From a virus, in the IMG/VR virus record IMGVR_UViG_3300035670_000087: a stretch of 64,000 bases of DNA. One strand, given 5' to 3'. A program made the translations under genes and the position numbers. The notes under the pieces are model-generated. The model did not search any database. It saw only the letters and a list, made by a program, of their open reading frames with translations, and had not been told where the DNA came from. Position 1 is the first letter of the stretch; every line of letters begins with the position of its first letter. Shown in pieces: positions 38,564-47,320 of this stretch.

Positions 38564-39501
38564 AACGATAGTTTATATTTTAACAATTTATCTGCACTTA
38601 AAGGATCTACTGTTTGAATTAAAGATAGAAATGCTTTAAATCCCATTTCTGACGGGTCTTTGTCATCCATTTCAACTAAAAATACTTTTTTGCCTAGTGA
38701 CATAAGAGTCTCACAATGCTTTAATGCCATCCTAATAGCATCTTTATCTAAAGCTATATACACCTTTTTAATCTTAGCTTCAACAAGCCTTTTCATCAAT
38801 TTAGGAGTTATGGACTTTCCCAAAAGAGGAATAGCATTTCTTTTTATAGATAGCATATCAAATCCACCTTCACATAAGACTATTGGCAAATCCCAATTTA
38901 TATACATCTCAAAAGGTATTATGTCTCTAGAAGCTTGAGGGTATTTATATTTTAACCTTGTTTCCGGATCAAAGGATCTGCCTACAAAAAAGTTTATCTT
39001 ACCGGAAGAATCAAAAGAAGGCATTATTATCCTTTCTGCGTATTTACCATCTTCACAATAACCTATTTGATATTTGATTATATCCTCCTCTGTTACGCCT
39101 CTTTTTTTAAGGTACAACATGGCGTGTTTTGCAAGTATATCATGTGGTTTTGCATCTAGTAGAAACTTATATTCTATAGGCAAAACACCATCAAATTCCT
39201 CTGTATCCTCATCATCCCTATCATTTTTTACAACTATGTACGATAGTTTTTTTAGTATGTCTGAAGTTACTCCTGTCTTTACGAATAGGGATCGTATTGT
39301 TCTACCTTTATTTCCACATACCCAGCAAGCCCATCTATTATTGCCTTCTGAGTCGGTTAATATATCAACTTCTAGCTTTTTTTTGTGTGTCCCATGAGTA
39401 GGACAATCCGGGAAAGGACAGTTGTACTTTCGGTTGGTTTTAGATGCTTTTTCTCCATACCCTAAAACCTGATCTATAAGCCCAGAGAGAATCGTCTCCA
39501 T
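38560..39501 (-). CDS. DNA primase (Zn ribbon plus TOPRIM), gp61/DnaG-like
   Basis: CPFPDC...WACWVC Zn-binding region; LCEGGFD and ALDKDA TOPRIM motifs. Confidence 0.9.
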   Translation of the reverse strand: METILSGLIDQVLGYGEKASKTNRKYNCPFPDCPTHGTHKKKLEVDILTDSEGNNRWACWVCGNKGRTIRSLFVKTGVTSDILKKLSYIVVKNDRDDEDTEEFDGVLPIEYKFLLDAKPHDILAKHAMLYLKKRGVTEEDIIKYQIGYCEDGKYAERIIMPSFDSSGKINFFVGRSFDPETRLKYKYPQASRDIIPFEMYINWDLPIVLCEGGFDMLSIKRNAIPLLGKSITPKLMKRLVEAKIKKVYIALDKDAIRMALKHCETLMSLGKKVFLVEMDDKDPSEMGFKAFLSLIQTVDPLSADKLLKYKLSL

Positions 39502-39505
39502 AGGT

Positions 39506-39537
39506 CAAAGATATAGACTATATATCTTTCTTCCAAA
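39506..39537 (-). promoter_or_regulatory. Bacteroidota housekeeping-sigma promoter upstream of primase
   Basis: Minus strand TTTG (39537-39534), 20-nt spacer, TATCTTTG (39513-39506), ending 4 nt before the ATG. Confidence 0.7.
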
Positions 39538-39952
39538 ACTTACCTAAAATGTTTCCATTAAAACAGTTGTCAGATTCTAAGCATCCTTGTAATATTTGAT
39601 GCCTCAGTTCCTGATATGTCATCTGTTTCTTGTGTGTACAAATATGTAAAACCTCTCTTTTAAAGGCTCCTTTACCTACTTCTTTTACCTCTGCTTTAAG
39701 GGACGCTTCAGATCCGTAATAGTCCTTCCAATCACTTTCAGCAATCACTTTCTTCTTTGTAGGCTTCTTTCCTTTTCCTGTATGTTCAGATAGTTCTTTT
39801 TTAGTTAAGGCTTTTGTCCTTTCTGAGTAAAGGTTTTTTCTACCTATATAGAACTTTCCTCCCTCTATTTTAGTTATTTTATAAATAAAACCGTAAGTAT
39901 TTTCCGGAAATTCGGATATGTCTTTTATAACCTGTCCTTTGTAAAACCACAT
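39518..39952 (-). CDS. GIY-YIG family endonuclease
   Basis: GFIYKIT...KFYIGRK and WKDYYGS. Confidence 0.85.
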   Translation of the reverse strand: MWFYKGQVIKDISEFPENTYGFIYKITKIEGGKFYIGRKNLYSERTKALTKKELSEHTGKGKKPTKKKVIAESDWKDYYGSEASLKAEVKEVGKGAFKREVLHICTHKKQMTYQELRHQILQGCLESDNCFNGNILGKFWKKDI

Positions 39953-39953
39953 A

Positions 39954-40253
39954 TTATATATCCATTCTGATTAAAAAATTGGTATCTGTGTCTGGGGAAA
40001 TTGGTATCGGTTGTGCAAATTTAGCTACCATCAATAAGTCATTAGAATCATTGTAAAATCCTACCATGGTAGCATATGGAGTAAAATCAGACCCGCTGGC
40101 AAACCCAACCATAGTCTCCTTACTACATGCTGTTAATAAAGAAGGATTATAACTATATCCCATTTCGTGATCCTTAATAGTACACTTTATACTCCTCTCT
40201 ATTATTAAGTGGTTATTAGAAAATTGTAGATTAAAGTCCTCGTATCCTGGCAT
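39954..40253 (-). CDS. Stand-alone C-terminal domain of a baseplate/fibre-attachment protein
   Basis: YSYNPS...PYATMVGFYNDSNDLLMVAKFAQPIP matches the C-terminus of the 51777-52847 protein (YTTNPS...FPTTIGLYNDSNELLAVAKLSKPLP). Confidence 0.7.
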   Translation of the reverse strand: MPGYEDFNLQFSNNHLIIERSIKCTIKDHEMGYSYNPSLLTACSKETMVGFASGSDFTPYATMVGFYNDSNDLLMVAKFAQPIPISPDTDTNFLIRMDI

Positions 40254-40263
40254 ATATTATATT

Positions 40264-41022
40264 TTATGGACAAATTCCTGCATCTGAGCATGCATATGTC
40301 GTTTGTATAAAGTCCCCGTTAGTTACTGCAACACTATTTACAGTTTTTATAGTTGCTTTTACACTTCCATTTGAGAATCCAGAAGTTAAGTTAGTCGTCC
40401 TGTAAACCAAAATAATGTCCTGATAACCTTCTGCTGGAATAGTTATGTTAGTACTTGTTGCATCAGTTAATACACTTGGAACATTAGCAGCTAGTACTGT
40501 AGCAGATACCTGTGCTAAGAATGTAGACTCAGGAGGTGTAGTTTGAGGTAATATTGTAGTACTTAATCTACCGCTAATACAAGCAGAAGGTCCGCTTATA
40601 CTTAGCATATAGTGCTGTGCGTACAATTCTACTCCTATTACAGCTCCTACAGGACCTCTTAAACGAGTCCATACTTTACCCCCTTGTCCACATATATTTA
40701 AGTATCCTGTGTAGCTAGAATCAAATAGTACAGGCATTGTAGTTGGTGTTGAAGTTGGAGTAGGTGTGGATGTTACTGCAGGAGTTGGTGTTGGGGTCAA
40801 TGTAGGGTTAACTAGATTATATGAAATACTGTCAGTGCAGACTCCAGTAGATGTTACAGTTATTTGAGTAGAATTGACATCTGTATTTACATTAAACCCT
40901 GCTAATAACTGATCTCTGGTTACTCCTATTGCTATAGTACCTAAAACATTATCTGATATTGTGAAAGGCCCTGCGGAAGTACCTATACTAGAAAGACTTA
41001 CTGTGGCTACTCTTGTTGGCAT
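40264..41022 (-). CDS. Putative virion appendage protein with Pro/Thr linker (paralog C)
   Basis: N-terminal AGPFTI...LLAGF..C domain, PTLTPTPTPAVTSTPTPT linker, beta-rich C-terminus. Confidence 0.65.
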   Translation of the reverse strand: MPTRVATVSLSSIGTSAGPFTISDNVLGTIAIGVTRDQLLAGFNVNTDVNSTQITVTSTGVCTDSISYNLVNPTLTPTPTPAVTSTPTPTSTPTTMPVLFDSSYTGYLNICGQGGKVWTRLRGPVGAVIGVELYAQHYMLSISGPSACISGRLSTTILPQTTPPESTFLAQVSATVLAANVPSVLTDATSTNITIPAEGYQDIILVYRTTNLTSGFSNGSVKATIKTVNSVAVTNGDFIQTTYACSDAGICP

Positions 41023-41023
41023 A

Positions 41024-41773
41024 CTATCCCTCCCATATTTGAATACTTACGAAATCGGTTGATATTATATTAACAGATAGATAAAAATCTATAACATCAT
41101 TCATATTAAAGTTGTAAGATTGGTAAACAGTTCCATTAACTTGTATCATAACGTATCCAGCATCCATTGCTGTATTCGTTGGAGATATTTTCCTAACCCT
41201 ATACACAACTTCGTTTGATACTCCCTCTGTTATATAAGAATCGTTTTTACCATAGGCTGGTATAGTGGAACTTGCCACGTTTATAGTATCTAAGCTAGCT
41301 CCTGCGGTGCTATTGAATATCTCAAACACATTTGAAGGGGATATATCATTCAATACTACCTGGGCTCTATTCCTAACTGTAGCTCCAGTAGGTGTAGGCG
41401 TAGGCGTTGATGTAGCTGTTGGAGTTGCTGTAACAGTTGGAGTAGGTGTAGGAGTGGCATTTTCTGCTACGGTAACAGACATTCCAAACAATGTACAATT
41501 TAATATTGTCGGGAATGGGGTTGGTGTAGGAGTAGATGTAGGCACAGGAGTAGGAGTATACTGTATGACTTGGTAAACTTCAGAATTTCCGCAATACGGA
41601 TCTGAATTTACTACTATAATTGTAGCAGGACTGCCAGCTATGGTTACTGAATACCCTGCTAGTAAAGACGCTCTATCTACGCCACTATCTACCAGTGTTC
41701 CTTCAGAAATACTGTTATAGTAAATGTCAAACGGGCCTGCTGCGTCTCCTGATATAGTAACTATAAAATCCAT
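41024..41773 (-). CDS. Putative virion appendage protein with Pro/Thr linkers (paralog B)
   Basis: N-terminal AGPFDI...LLAGY..C domain and two PT-rich linkers. Confidence 0.65.
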   Translation of the reverse strand: MDFIVTISGDAAGPFDIYYNSISEGTLVDSGVDRASLLAGYSVTIAGSPATIIVVNSDPYCGNSEVYQVIQYTPTPVPTSTPTPTPFPTILNCTLFGMSVTVAENATPTPTPTVTATPTATSTPTPTPTGATVRNRAQVVLNDISPSNVFEIFNSTAGASLDTINVASSTIPAYGKNDSYITEGVSNEVVYRVRKISPTNTAMDAGYVMIQVNGTVYQSYNFNMNDVIDFYLSVNIISTDFVSIQIWEG

Positions 41774-41774
41774 A

Positions 41775-42860
41775 TTATATAAATATAGTTTTGTTTACTT
41801 TTGACAAAGCGGATCCTATTACTTGATGCATATCGTAGTATTTGTAATCAGCAAGTCTACCTCCAAAAATATATTTAGTTTCTATATTCATTAAACTTTT
41901 ATACTTATTATACTTAATATTATTTTCAGTATCATTTATAGGATAATAAGGGTCTCCATTATTTTCAGGAAATTCCATAGATATTACAGTGTTACTTTGT
42001 TTGCCATACTCAAAATGCTTGTGTTCTGTTATCCTAGTAAACGGGACTTCCTCGTCCGTATAATTCATCCCAGCAACTCCTTGATAATCACTCATTTGAA
42101 GATTGTATGTCTCAAATCTCAAACTTCTGTAATCTAGTTTTCCAAACTGATTATTATAAAATTCATCTATAGGTCCTGTATAGATTATTTTTTTAGCTAT
42201 GGATTCAAAATAGTCCCTGTCTTTAAAATAATCATAGTTTAGTCTAACATTTATACCTTTTAACAGTTTTTGGAATATTTGAGTATAACCTCCTATGGGT
42301 ATCCCAGAGTAAGTATCGTCATAGTAATTATCATCGAAAGATAACCTTATTGGAAGCCTTTTTATTATACTAGTAGGTAAGTTTTTTGGATCCTTATTCC
42401 ATTGTTTTTTTGTATATCCTTTTATAAAAATATTATAAATCTCAGGACCTACTTGAGAAATAGCCCAATCTTCTAAATTCTTTGGGTCATTTATATTTAC
42501 TTTAACATCCTCTAGCTTCCTAAAAGCTTCATCCGGAGTCGTCACTCCATAGATTTGATACAACGTCATTAAATTTATAGGAAAAGAATATATACTTCCT
42601 TTATAATTTACTTTCGGCCTATACTTAAAATCATTAAACTCTGCGTACTTTCTTACGTAGTCCCATATATTTTTATCAGAGGTATGAAATATGTGAGGAC
42701 CGTATTTATGTACATTTATACCTTCCGTATTTTCAGTATAACAGTTACCTCCTATATGAGATCTTTTGTCTATTACTAAACACTTAAACCCTCTATCGGT
42801 TAATTCTCTAGCACATACAGCTCCAAATAGACCTGATCCTACAATTAAATAATCAAACAT
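41775..42860 (-). CDS. glf: UDP-galactopyranose mutase
   Basis: IVGSGLFGA FAD motif, HIGGNCY, HKYGPHIFHT, GYTKKQW, TRITEHKHF, PYYP, GGRLADYKYYDMHQVI. Confidence 0.97.
   Translation of the reverse strand: MFDYLIVGSGLFGAVCARELTDRGFKCLVIDKRSHIGGNCYTENTEGINVHKYGPHIFHTSDKNIWDYVRKYAEFNDFKYRPKVNYKGSIYSFPINLMTLYQIYGVTTPDEAFRKLEDVKVNINDPKNLEDWAISQVGPEIYNIFIKGYTKKQWNKDPKNLPTSIIKRLPIRLSFDDNYYDDTYSGIPIGGYTQIFQKLLKGINVRLNYDYFKDRDYFESIAKKIIYTGPIDEFYNNQFGKLDYRSLRFETYNLQMSDYQGVAGMNYTDEEVPFTRITEHKHFEYGKQSNTVISMEFPENNGDPYYPINDTENNIKYNKYKSLMNIETKYIFGGRLADYKYYDMHQVIGSALSKVNKTIFI
41778..41785 (-). promoter_or_regulatory. TATTTATA putative late-promoter motif overlapping the last codons of glf
   Basis: 4 nt upstream of ATG 41773. 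Confidence 0.55.
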
Positions 42861-43469
42861 TTATTTCTTTATATATAGAGCATCTCCCCATTTATGAACT
42901 GTCATAAAAGTTTCAACTCTTGTTAAATTATATTTTGACAAATACTCATCTATTTCACTTACAAGTGCACAATCTTGATACAAATAATCTTCATTTACTT
43001 CGCAATACACGTAGTCAAATTTACTTAAATAATCCTTGAATCCTTTAAAAACCTCTAATTCATATCCTTGTACATCTACATTTAAAAAGTTATACATGTC
43101 GATATTAATATTATTATCTAAAATTATATCTGACATTGTTTTTATTTGTATCTCTACTTCTTTTATAAAATTAACATGTGGATGTTCTTTTTCATGAGTT
43201 CCTAATTTTAAAAAAGAAGAAGATTCTCCATTATTTGCTATTTTAAATGTCTCTATTTTATTCTCGTTACCTACCCCAGATATGATAACAATATCATTAG
43301 GACATCTTGATTTGAGACCCTCCTCATACTCTGGATTGGCCTCCACCCAAACAATAGGATTTATGCTATTACTTTCATACCAACCCTTTTCTTGTCCGTG
43401 GTGGGCTCCTATATGTATAGCTCCTTTTAGTGGGGTTATAAAGTGCTTCTTGAGATCTGTTATTAACAT
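42861..43469 (-). CDS. FkbM family SAM-dependent methyltransferase
   Basis: IHIGAHHGQE, VWVEAN, FLNVDVQGYELEVFKG, WGDALY. Confidence 0.92.
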   Translation of the reverse strand: MLITDLKKHFITPLKGAIHIGAHHGQEKGWYESNSINPIVWVEANPEYEEGLKSRCPNDIVIISGVGNENKIETFKIANNGESSSFLKLGTHEKEHPHVNFIKEVEIQIKTMSDIILDNNINIDMYNFLNVDVQGYELEVFKGFKDYLSKFDYVYCEVNEDYLYQDCALVSEIDEYLSKYNLTRVETFMTVHKWGDALYIKK

Positions 43470-43472
43470 GTA

Positions 43473-44246
43473 TTATATTTTTAAAAAATTAGAACAATAT
43501 AAATCATTCACATTCCAATCGGAATATCTTGATCCAAACCAAGTTATTGGAGCTATTATTTTTTTATTTTCATTGGTGCTTAGCCAAGATCCCCACCAAC
43601 TAAAGGTACTATTTGCTATTATGTGATGGTCGCATTTTGATATTAGACACATGTCATGAGCTAAGTCCTGTTTGTTGTATATTATGTTGGGGATTTTAAA
43701 ATTATCTTTGCACCATACTATGTCATCTGAGGTACACACAAAAACTACATCTTCCCCATCTAACATTTTAATAGCCTTATTATAGTACTCTATAGTACAT
43801 AAAGGATGGGCATCCGGATATAGCAAATAATCTCCTCTCCTCACATGCAAAGACACTTTTACTTTATTTTCATAGGGTTTTAAAAAATTATCTACCTTAT
43901 TAGATATTTCTTTTTTGAAAGTATACTCTTTTTTAACTGCGCTAGGACAATGTTCAAAATACTTCTCAGTCTGGAAATACCCTCTAAAATTAGTACTTGT
44001 ATCTATATTAAAGACTCCTTGATCAAAATGAAAGTGTTTTTCCTGATATAAGTTTAGTGTGTAAGTCTCTTTAATTTCACATTCTTTTATATCAAAAAAA
44101 TCAAATAGATAACTTCTTTTTTTTACTTCTGGGTGTATTACTATATCTGCCTCTATTTTATACTTTACTCCTAATAGTAATGCATATTGGAACATTTGAT
44201 TTCCTAATTGTCCATATTTAGCAAGAAAATCATAAGTAATTACCAT
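43473..44246 (-). CDS. GT11 alpha-1,2-fucosyltransferase-like glycosyltransferase
   Basis: GQLGNQMFQYA, GYFQTEKYF, SLHVRRGDY, SDDIVWCK, IIANSTFSWWG. Confidence 0.93.
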   Translation of the reverse strand: MVITYDFLAKYGQLGNQMFQYALLLGVKYKIEADIVIHPEVKKRSYLFDFFDIKECEIKETYTLNLYQEKHFHFDQGVFNIDTSTNFRGYFQTEKYFEHCPSAVKKEYTFKKEISNKVDNFLKPYENKVKVSLHVRRGDYLLYPDAHPLCTIEYYNKAIKMLDGEDVVFVCTSDDIVWCKDNFKIPNIIYNKQDLAHDMCLISKCDHHIIANSTFSWWGSWLSTNENKKIIAPITWFGSRYSDWNVNDLYCSNFLKI

Positions 44247-44947
44247 TCTGCTGGTTTTTGAACTACATTATATATATACTTATCAGCTATAGATAAGGTA
44301 TAGTCCACTTCTGAAGATTCTATATCAGAATAGTTTTTTCTCTGAGTTACTAAATTTTTAAGAGACATGTATATTTTATTTTCTTTCCTCTGACCTAAAT
44401 TACCATAATACCCATCATTACAAGGATAACTTCTAAAAAAATTTGAATTAGTCAATATTTTGTCATAAAATTTATTATTAATAGCATAAGCGTGATTAGT
44501 TGTTGTTCTTATAACTCTGCCTAAATTATCAGTTTCTTTATAGTATTCTAATGGGTTGCACCCTAAATAAAACATATCCCAATCAATATTAGACAAATCA
44601 TTAACGCAGTTTGCTAAATCTAATACTATATTATCATCAAAAGAAGCATCGTCTTCAAATATCAATACATTTCTATAGTTCATCATTTTACTTCTTAATA
44701 AAACTGTAAGATGAGACATAGTACATGACTTTATTCTTGGGGCATACTCTGGTCTTGGGGTATCATAAAAATCACAACCTCTTTTTACTAAATCATCATT
44801 TTGCTCTTTAGTAAGACTTATTGCAGAAAACCTTTCTGCTTCTATATCATATCTTTTAAATTGATCTTCCATGTACTCTTTTCTATCTACACGGTGATCT
44901 AAATTTATATAATATATTTTGTCAAAAAAATGAAATGGATTTTTCAT
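44240..44947 (-). CDS. GT25 family glycosyltransferase (beta-galactosyl/glucosyltransferase-like)
   Basis: YYINLDHRVDR, ERFSAI, SCTMSH, LIFEDDA, WDMFYLG, HAYAIN. Confidence 0.88.
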   Translation of the reverse strand: MKNPFHFFDKIYYINLDHRVDRKEYMEDQFKRYDIEAERFSAISLTKEQNDDLVKRGCDFYDTPRPEYAPRIKSCTMSHLTVLLRSKMMNYRNVLIFEDDASFDDNIVLDLANCVNDLSNIDWDMFYLGCNPLEYYKETDNLGRVIRTTTNHAYAINNKFYDKILTNSNFFRSYPCNDGYYGNLGQRKENKIYMSLKNLVTQRKNYSDIESSEVDYTLSIADKYIYNVVQKPAEW

Positions 44948-46035
44948 ATAAATTCATTTAGTAAATTAATCCATAAGTTTCCAACTACTTCTATATTAAA
45001 ATTGTTTTTTATAAGATCTTTAGATCTATTTCTTATATCATTTTTTACTTCAGGATTGTTTTCTAAGTAGATTAACTTTTTGACATACTCACTATGATCA
45101 TTCATGTATTGTGCGTCACAAGTCACTTTCTCATTTAACATTTTTTCCATATCTGTTTCAACAGGAAAATCTACATATACACATCCTGGGCTAAAATACT
45201 CAGGTATGGCTCCTAAAGGATAAGTCAGTACTATAACTCCAGCAGCTATTGCTTCAGCTACTGAACAAGAAAATGTATCCTTGTAAACACAACCATTTGG
45301 ATGGTATAAAGGAAATATAAAATAATCAGTCTCTAATAATTTATAAAATAACTCTTTTTTATCTGTGCCGTTTTGAGGGTTTACATAATCAAATGTATAC
45401 ATTTTTTCCCATCCAAGTTCTAATACTGTTCTATTTGCTACATCCCCTCCTCTTCCATATTGAGCATGGAATATAGAACTTTTTTCTTTTCTAACTATTT
45501 TTTCTTCTTTCTCAATCTTTTCTATTAACTCGGTCATTATTGGATTCGGAATAATTACGTCTACAGTATTTTCTATTTTCTGTTTACCTAATTCTACATT
45601 CCAATCATTTTGGCTTCTAGACCATTTTGATATATTAACAAACCCCATTTTTAATTTATGAGTATTGCAAAAATCGATCATCTCGTTTATACAATAAACC
45701 CATGCCATGTGGTACCAGTATAATAGCCCTTTGGTTACTTTAAAAGGTATTTTATCATACTTATCAAACCAAAGAGCCGTTATTAAAATATCAACATCCC
45801 CTTGCCCTATAAAACTTTTATAATCAAAATCATCGTAACTAACCCCCCTGCATTTTTGTCTGTCAGTTTTATCTAAAACTATAGTTACGTCATGACCTTT
45901 TGTAGCAAGATACTCTGCTATCATAATAACAGACTGATCTGTTCCGGAAGCAGGCGCTTTACCTTCTCTAATAGTATCTCCATTTAATATTTTAGGCCTA
46001 CCTTCAGTACCTACTAATATAAAAACAATTTTCAT
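44944..46035 (-). CDS. GT-B fold glycosyltransferase, GT4-like
   Basis: DYFIFP...DTFSCSVAEAIAAGVIVLTYPLGAIPE (E-x7-E type motif with D variant). Confidence 0.85.
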   Translation of the reverse strand: MKIVFILVGTEGRPKILNGDTIREGKAPASGTDQSVIMIAEYLATKGHDVTIVLDKTDRQKCRGVSYDDFDYKSFIGQGDVDILITALWFDKYDKIPFKVTKGLLYWYHMAWVYCINEMIDFCNTHKLKMGFVNISKWSRSQNDWNVELGKQKIENTVDVIIPNPIMTELIEKIEKEEKIVRKEKSSIFHAQYGRGGDVANRTVLELGWEKMYTFDYVNPQNGTDKKELFYKLLETDYFIFPLYHPNGCVYKDTFSCSVAEAIAAGVIVLTYPLGAIPEYFSPGCVYVDFPVETDMEKMLNEKVTCDAQYMNDHSEYVKKLIYLENNPEVKNDIRNRSKDLIKNNFNIEVVGNLWINLLNEFI

Positions 46036-47285
46036 TATAATACTTTTTCGTATCTATCGCTCCATTGTTTTTCCTCATCAAATAAATACATTACTATTTT
46101 TTGAGGTTTATCAGAAGTTTGAATATTGACTGTAGTCTTGTTTTTTTCCAATTTTACATATTCAGGACTTTCCTCAATTGTAAAATCTTTTCTATACAAT
46201 TCAACTCCACTTCTAGTATGTACAGCAAAAGTTAAAAATTTAGGATTTTGAAAGTCATACTGTTTAAAAAATTCAACATCCCATTCGCAATCAAAAGTAT
46301 ACTTAGTTAATACAAACTGATCTTCCCAAGGTTCTGGATTTGGTGGTTCTTTTACTTTTAGGGTGTACTCTTGTATTCTACAATTCTTAAAATCAAATCC
46401 TCCATAAACTTCGTAATCATGTAAAGATCTTACGTCTCCTAGTCCATACATTCCCATATCTATACCATGATCCTCCTGTCCAAAAAGTTGCCTTGTTTTG
46501 TTCCTAGCAAAAATATCTCTTTCCCCAGAAGTTTTTTTAGTTTGACTTTCTAATCCATGATCGTCCCAATGCTTTACACGATAGTTTCTCGTGTACTCGT
46601 GCCACATTACCATTCGATATGGGCTGAAAAAATCATATCCTTTTGTGAAAGCTCTGACGCTTAGTGTAGTTTCTTCTGTGTACCCTCCAAAATATATGTC
46701 TGGGTCATATGGTACCTCCTCTATGAACTTTCCTGATGTAAAATAGAAATGGCCGCTTATAGTTCGGGCTCTTATAACTTTATCCCTCTCTTTATAATCT
46801 TGTATGTACCATGGCATACTCATTAAGAGTTTATCAGCAGAAAATTCATACTGAGACATTAAACATGGTGTTTTATCGTATTTACACGAACAATCTTTAG
46901 GATTAAACGGAGTGCAATAAGTAGTTATAATTGGTTTTTCGGATACTTGAAGAGCTTGATTATAGTCCTCCAGTACGATCTCATCCCAATCCTGAACAAA
47001 TCTATGGTGGCTATCTATTTGTAAAGTGTATTTTTCACCATCATATAATTTGTTTGTTATGTTTCTTGCCCAACCTAAACCTTGACTTTCAGAATAATGA
47101 TGTTTACTTATTCTGACATTTTCCATGTGATCTAATACACTAATATCTTCTGTTTCGTCATATTGCCAACAAATGCCAAAAGTTAAATTATTAGCATTTT
47201 TTGCCTTGGTTATCATATCATCAATAGTAGGAATAAGTTCAGGATCTCTATAACTAGCTATTTGCACAAATATCTTATTATTCAT
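46035..47285 (-). CDS. GT60-like (Skp1/mucin-type) peptide N-acetylglucosaminyltransferase
   Basis: IFVQIASYRD, QGLGWAR, LQIDSHHRFVQDWD, ISGHFYF, VPYDP..YF.GYTEE..LSVRAFTKGYD, WHEY. Confidence 0.85.
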   Translation of the reverse strand: MNNKIFVQIASYRDPELIPTIDDMITKAKNANNLTFGICWQYDETEDISVLDHMENVRISKHHYSESQGLGWARNITNKLYDGEKYTLQIDSHHRFVQDWDEIVLEDYNQALQVSEKPIITTYCTPFNPKDCSCKYDKTPCLMSQYEFSADKLLMSMPWYIQDYKERDKVIRARTISGHFYFTSGKFIEEVPYDPDIYFGGYTEETTLSVRAFTKGYDFFSPYRMVMWHEYTRNYRVKHWDDHGLESQTKKTSGERDIFARNKTRQLFGQEDHGIDMGMYGLGDVRSLHDYEVYGGFDFKNCRIQEYTLKVKEPPNPEPWEDQFVLTKYTFDCEWDVEFFKQYDFQNPKFLTFAVHTRSGVELYRKDFTIEESPEYVKLEKNKTTVNIQTSDKPQKIVMYLFDEEKQWSDRYEKVL

Positions 47286-47302
47286 AAACTAAATTTACAC
47301 AA

Positions 47303-47310
47303 CAAATATA
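47303..47310 (-). promoter_or_regulatory. Bacteroidota -7 promoter element in front of the glycosylation operon
   Basis: TATATTTG (TAnnTTTG) in the 35-nt gap, 17 nt upstream of the ATG; -33 TTTG not well matched. Confidence 0.55.
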
Positions 47311-47320
47311 GTAAAATTAT

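Noticed and set aside
39518-39952. GIY-YIG gene as a mobile homing endonuclease or intron
   Set aside because: Short, catalytic-domain-only, free-standing and not interrupting a gene; looks like a resident nuclease
41775-47285. Interpretation of the GT cluster as DNA hypermodification (T4-type glucosylation)
   Set aside because: No modified-base synthesis genes or alpha/beta-glucosyltransferase-like context nearby; GT11, GT25, GT60 and UGM act on glycans or peptides. Judged less likely, not excluded
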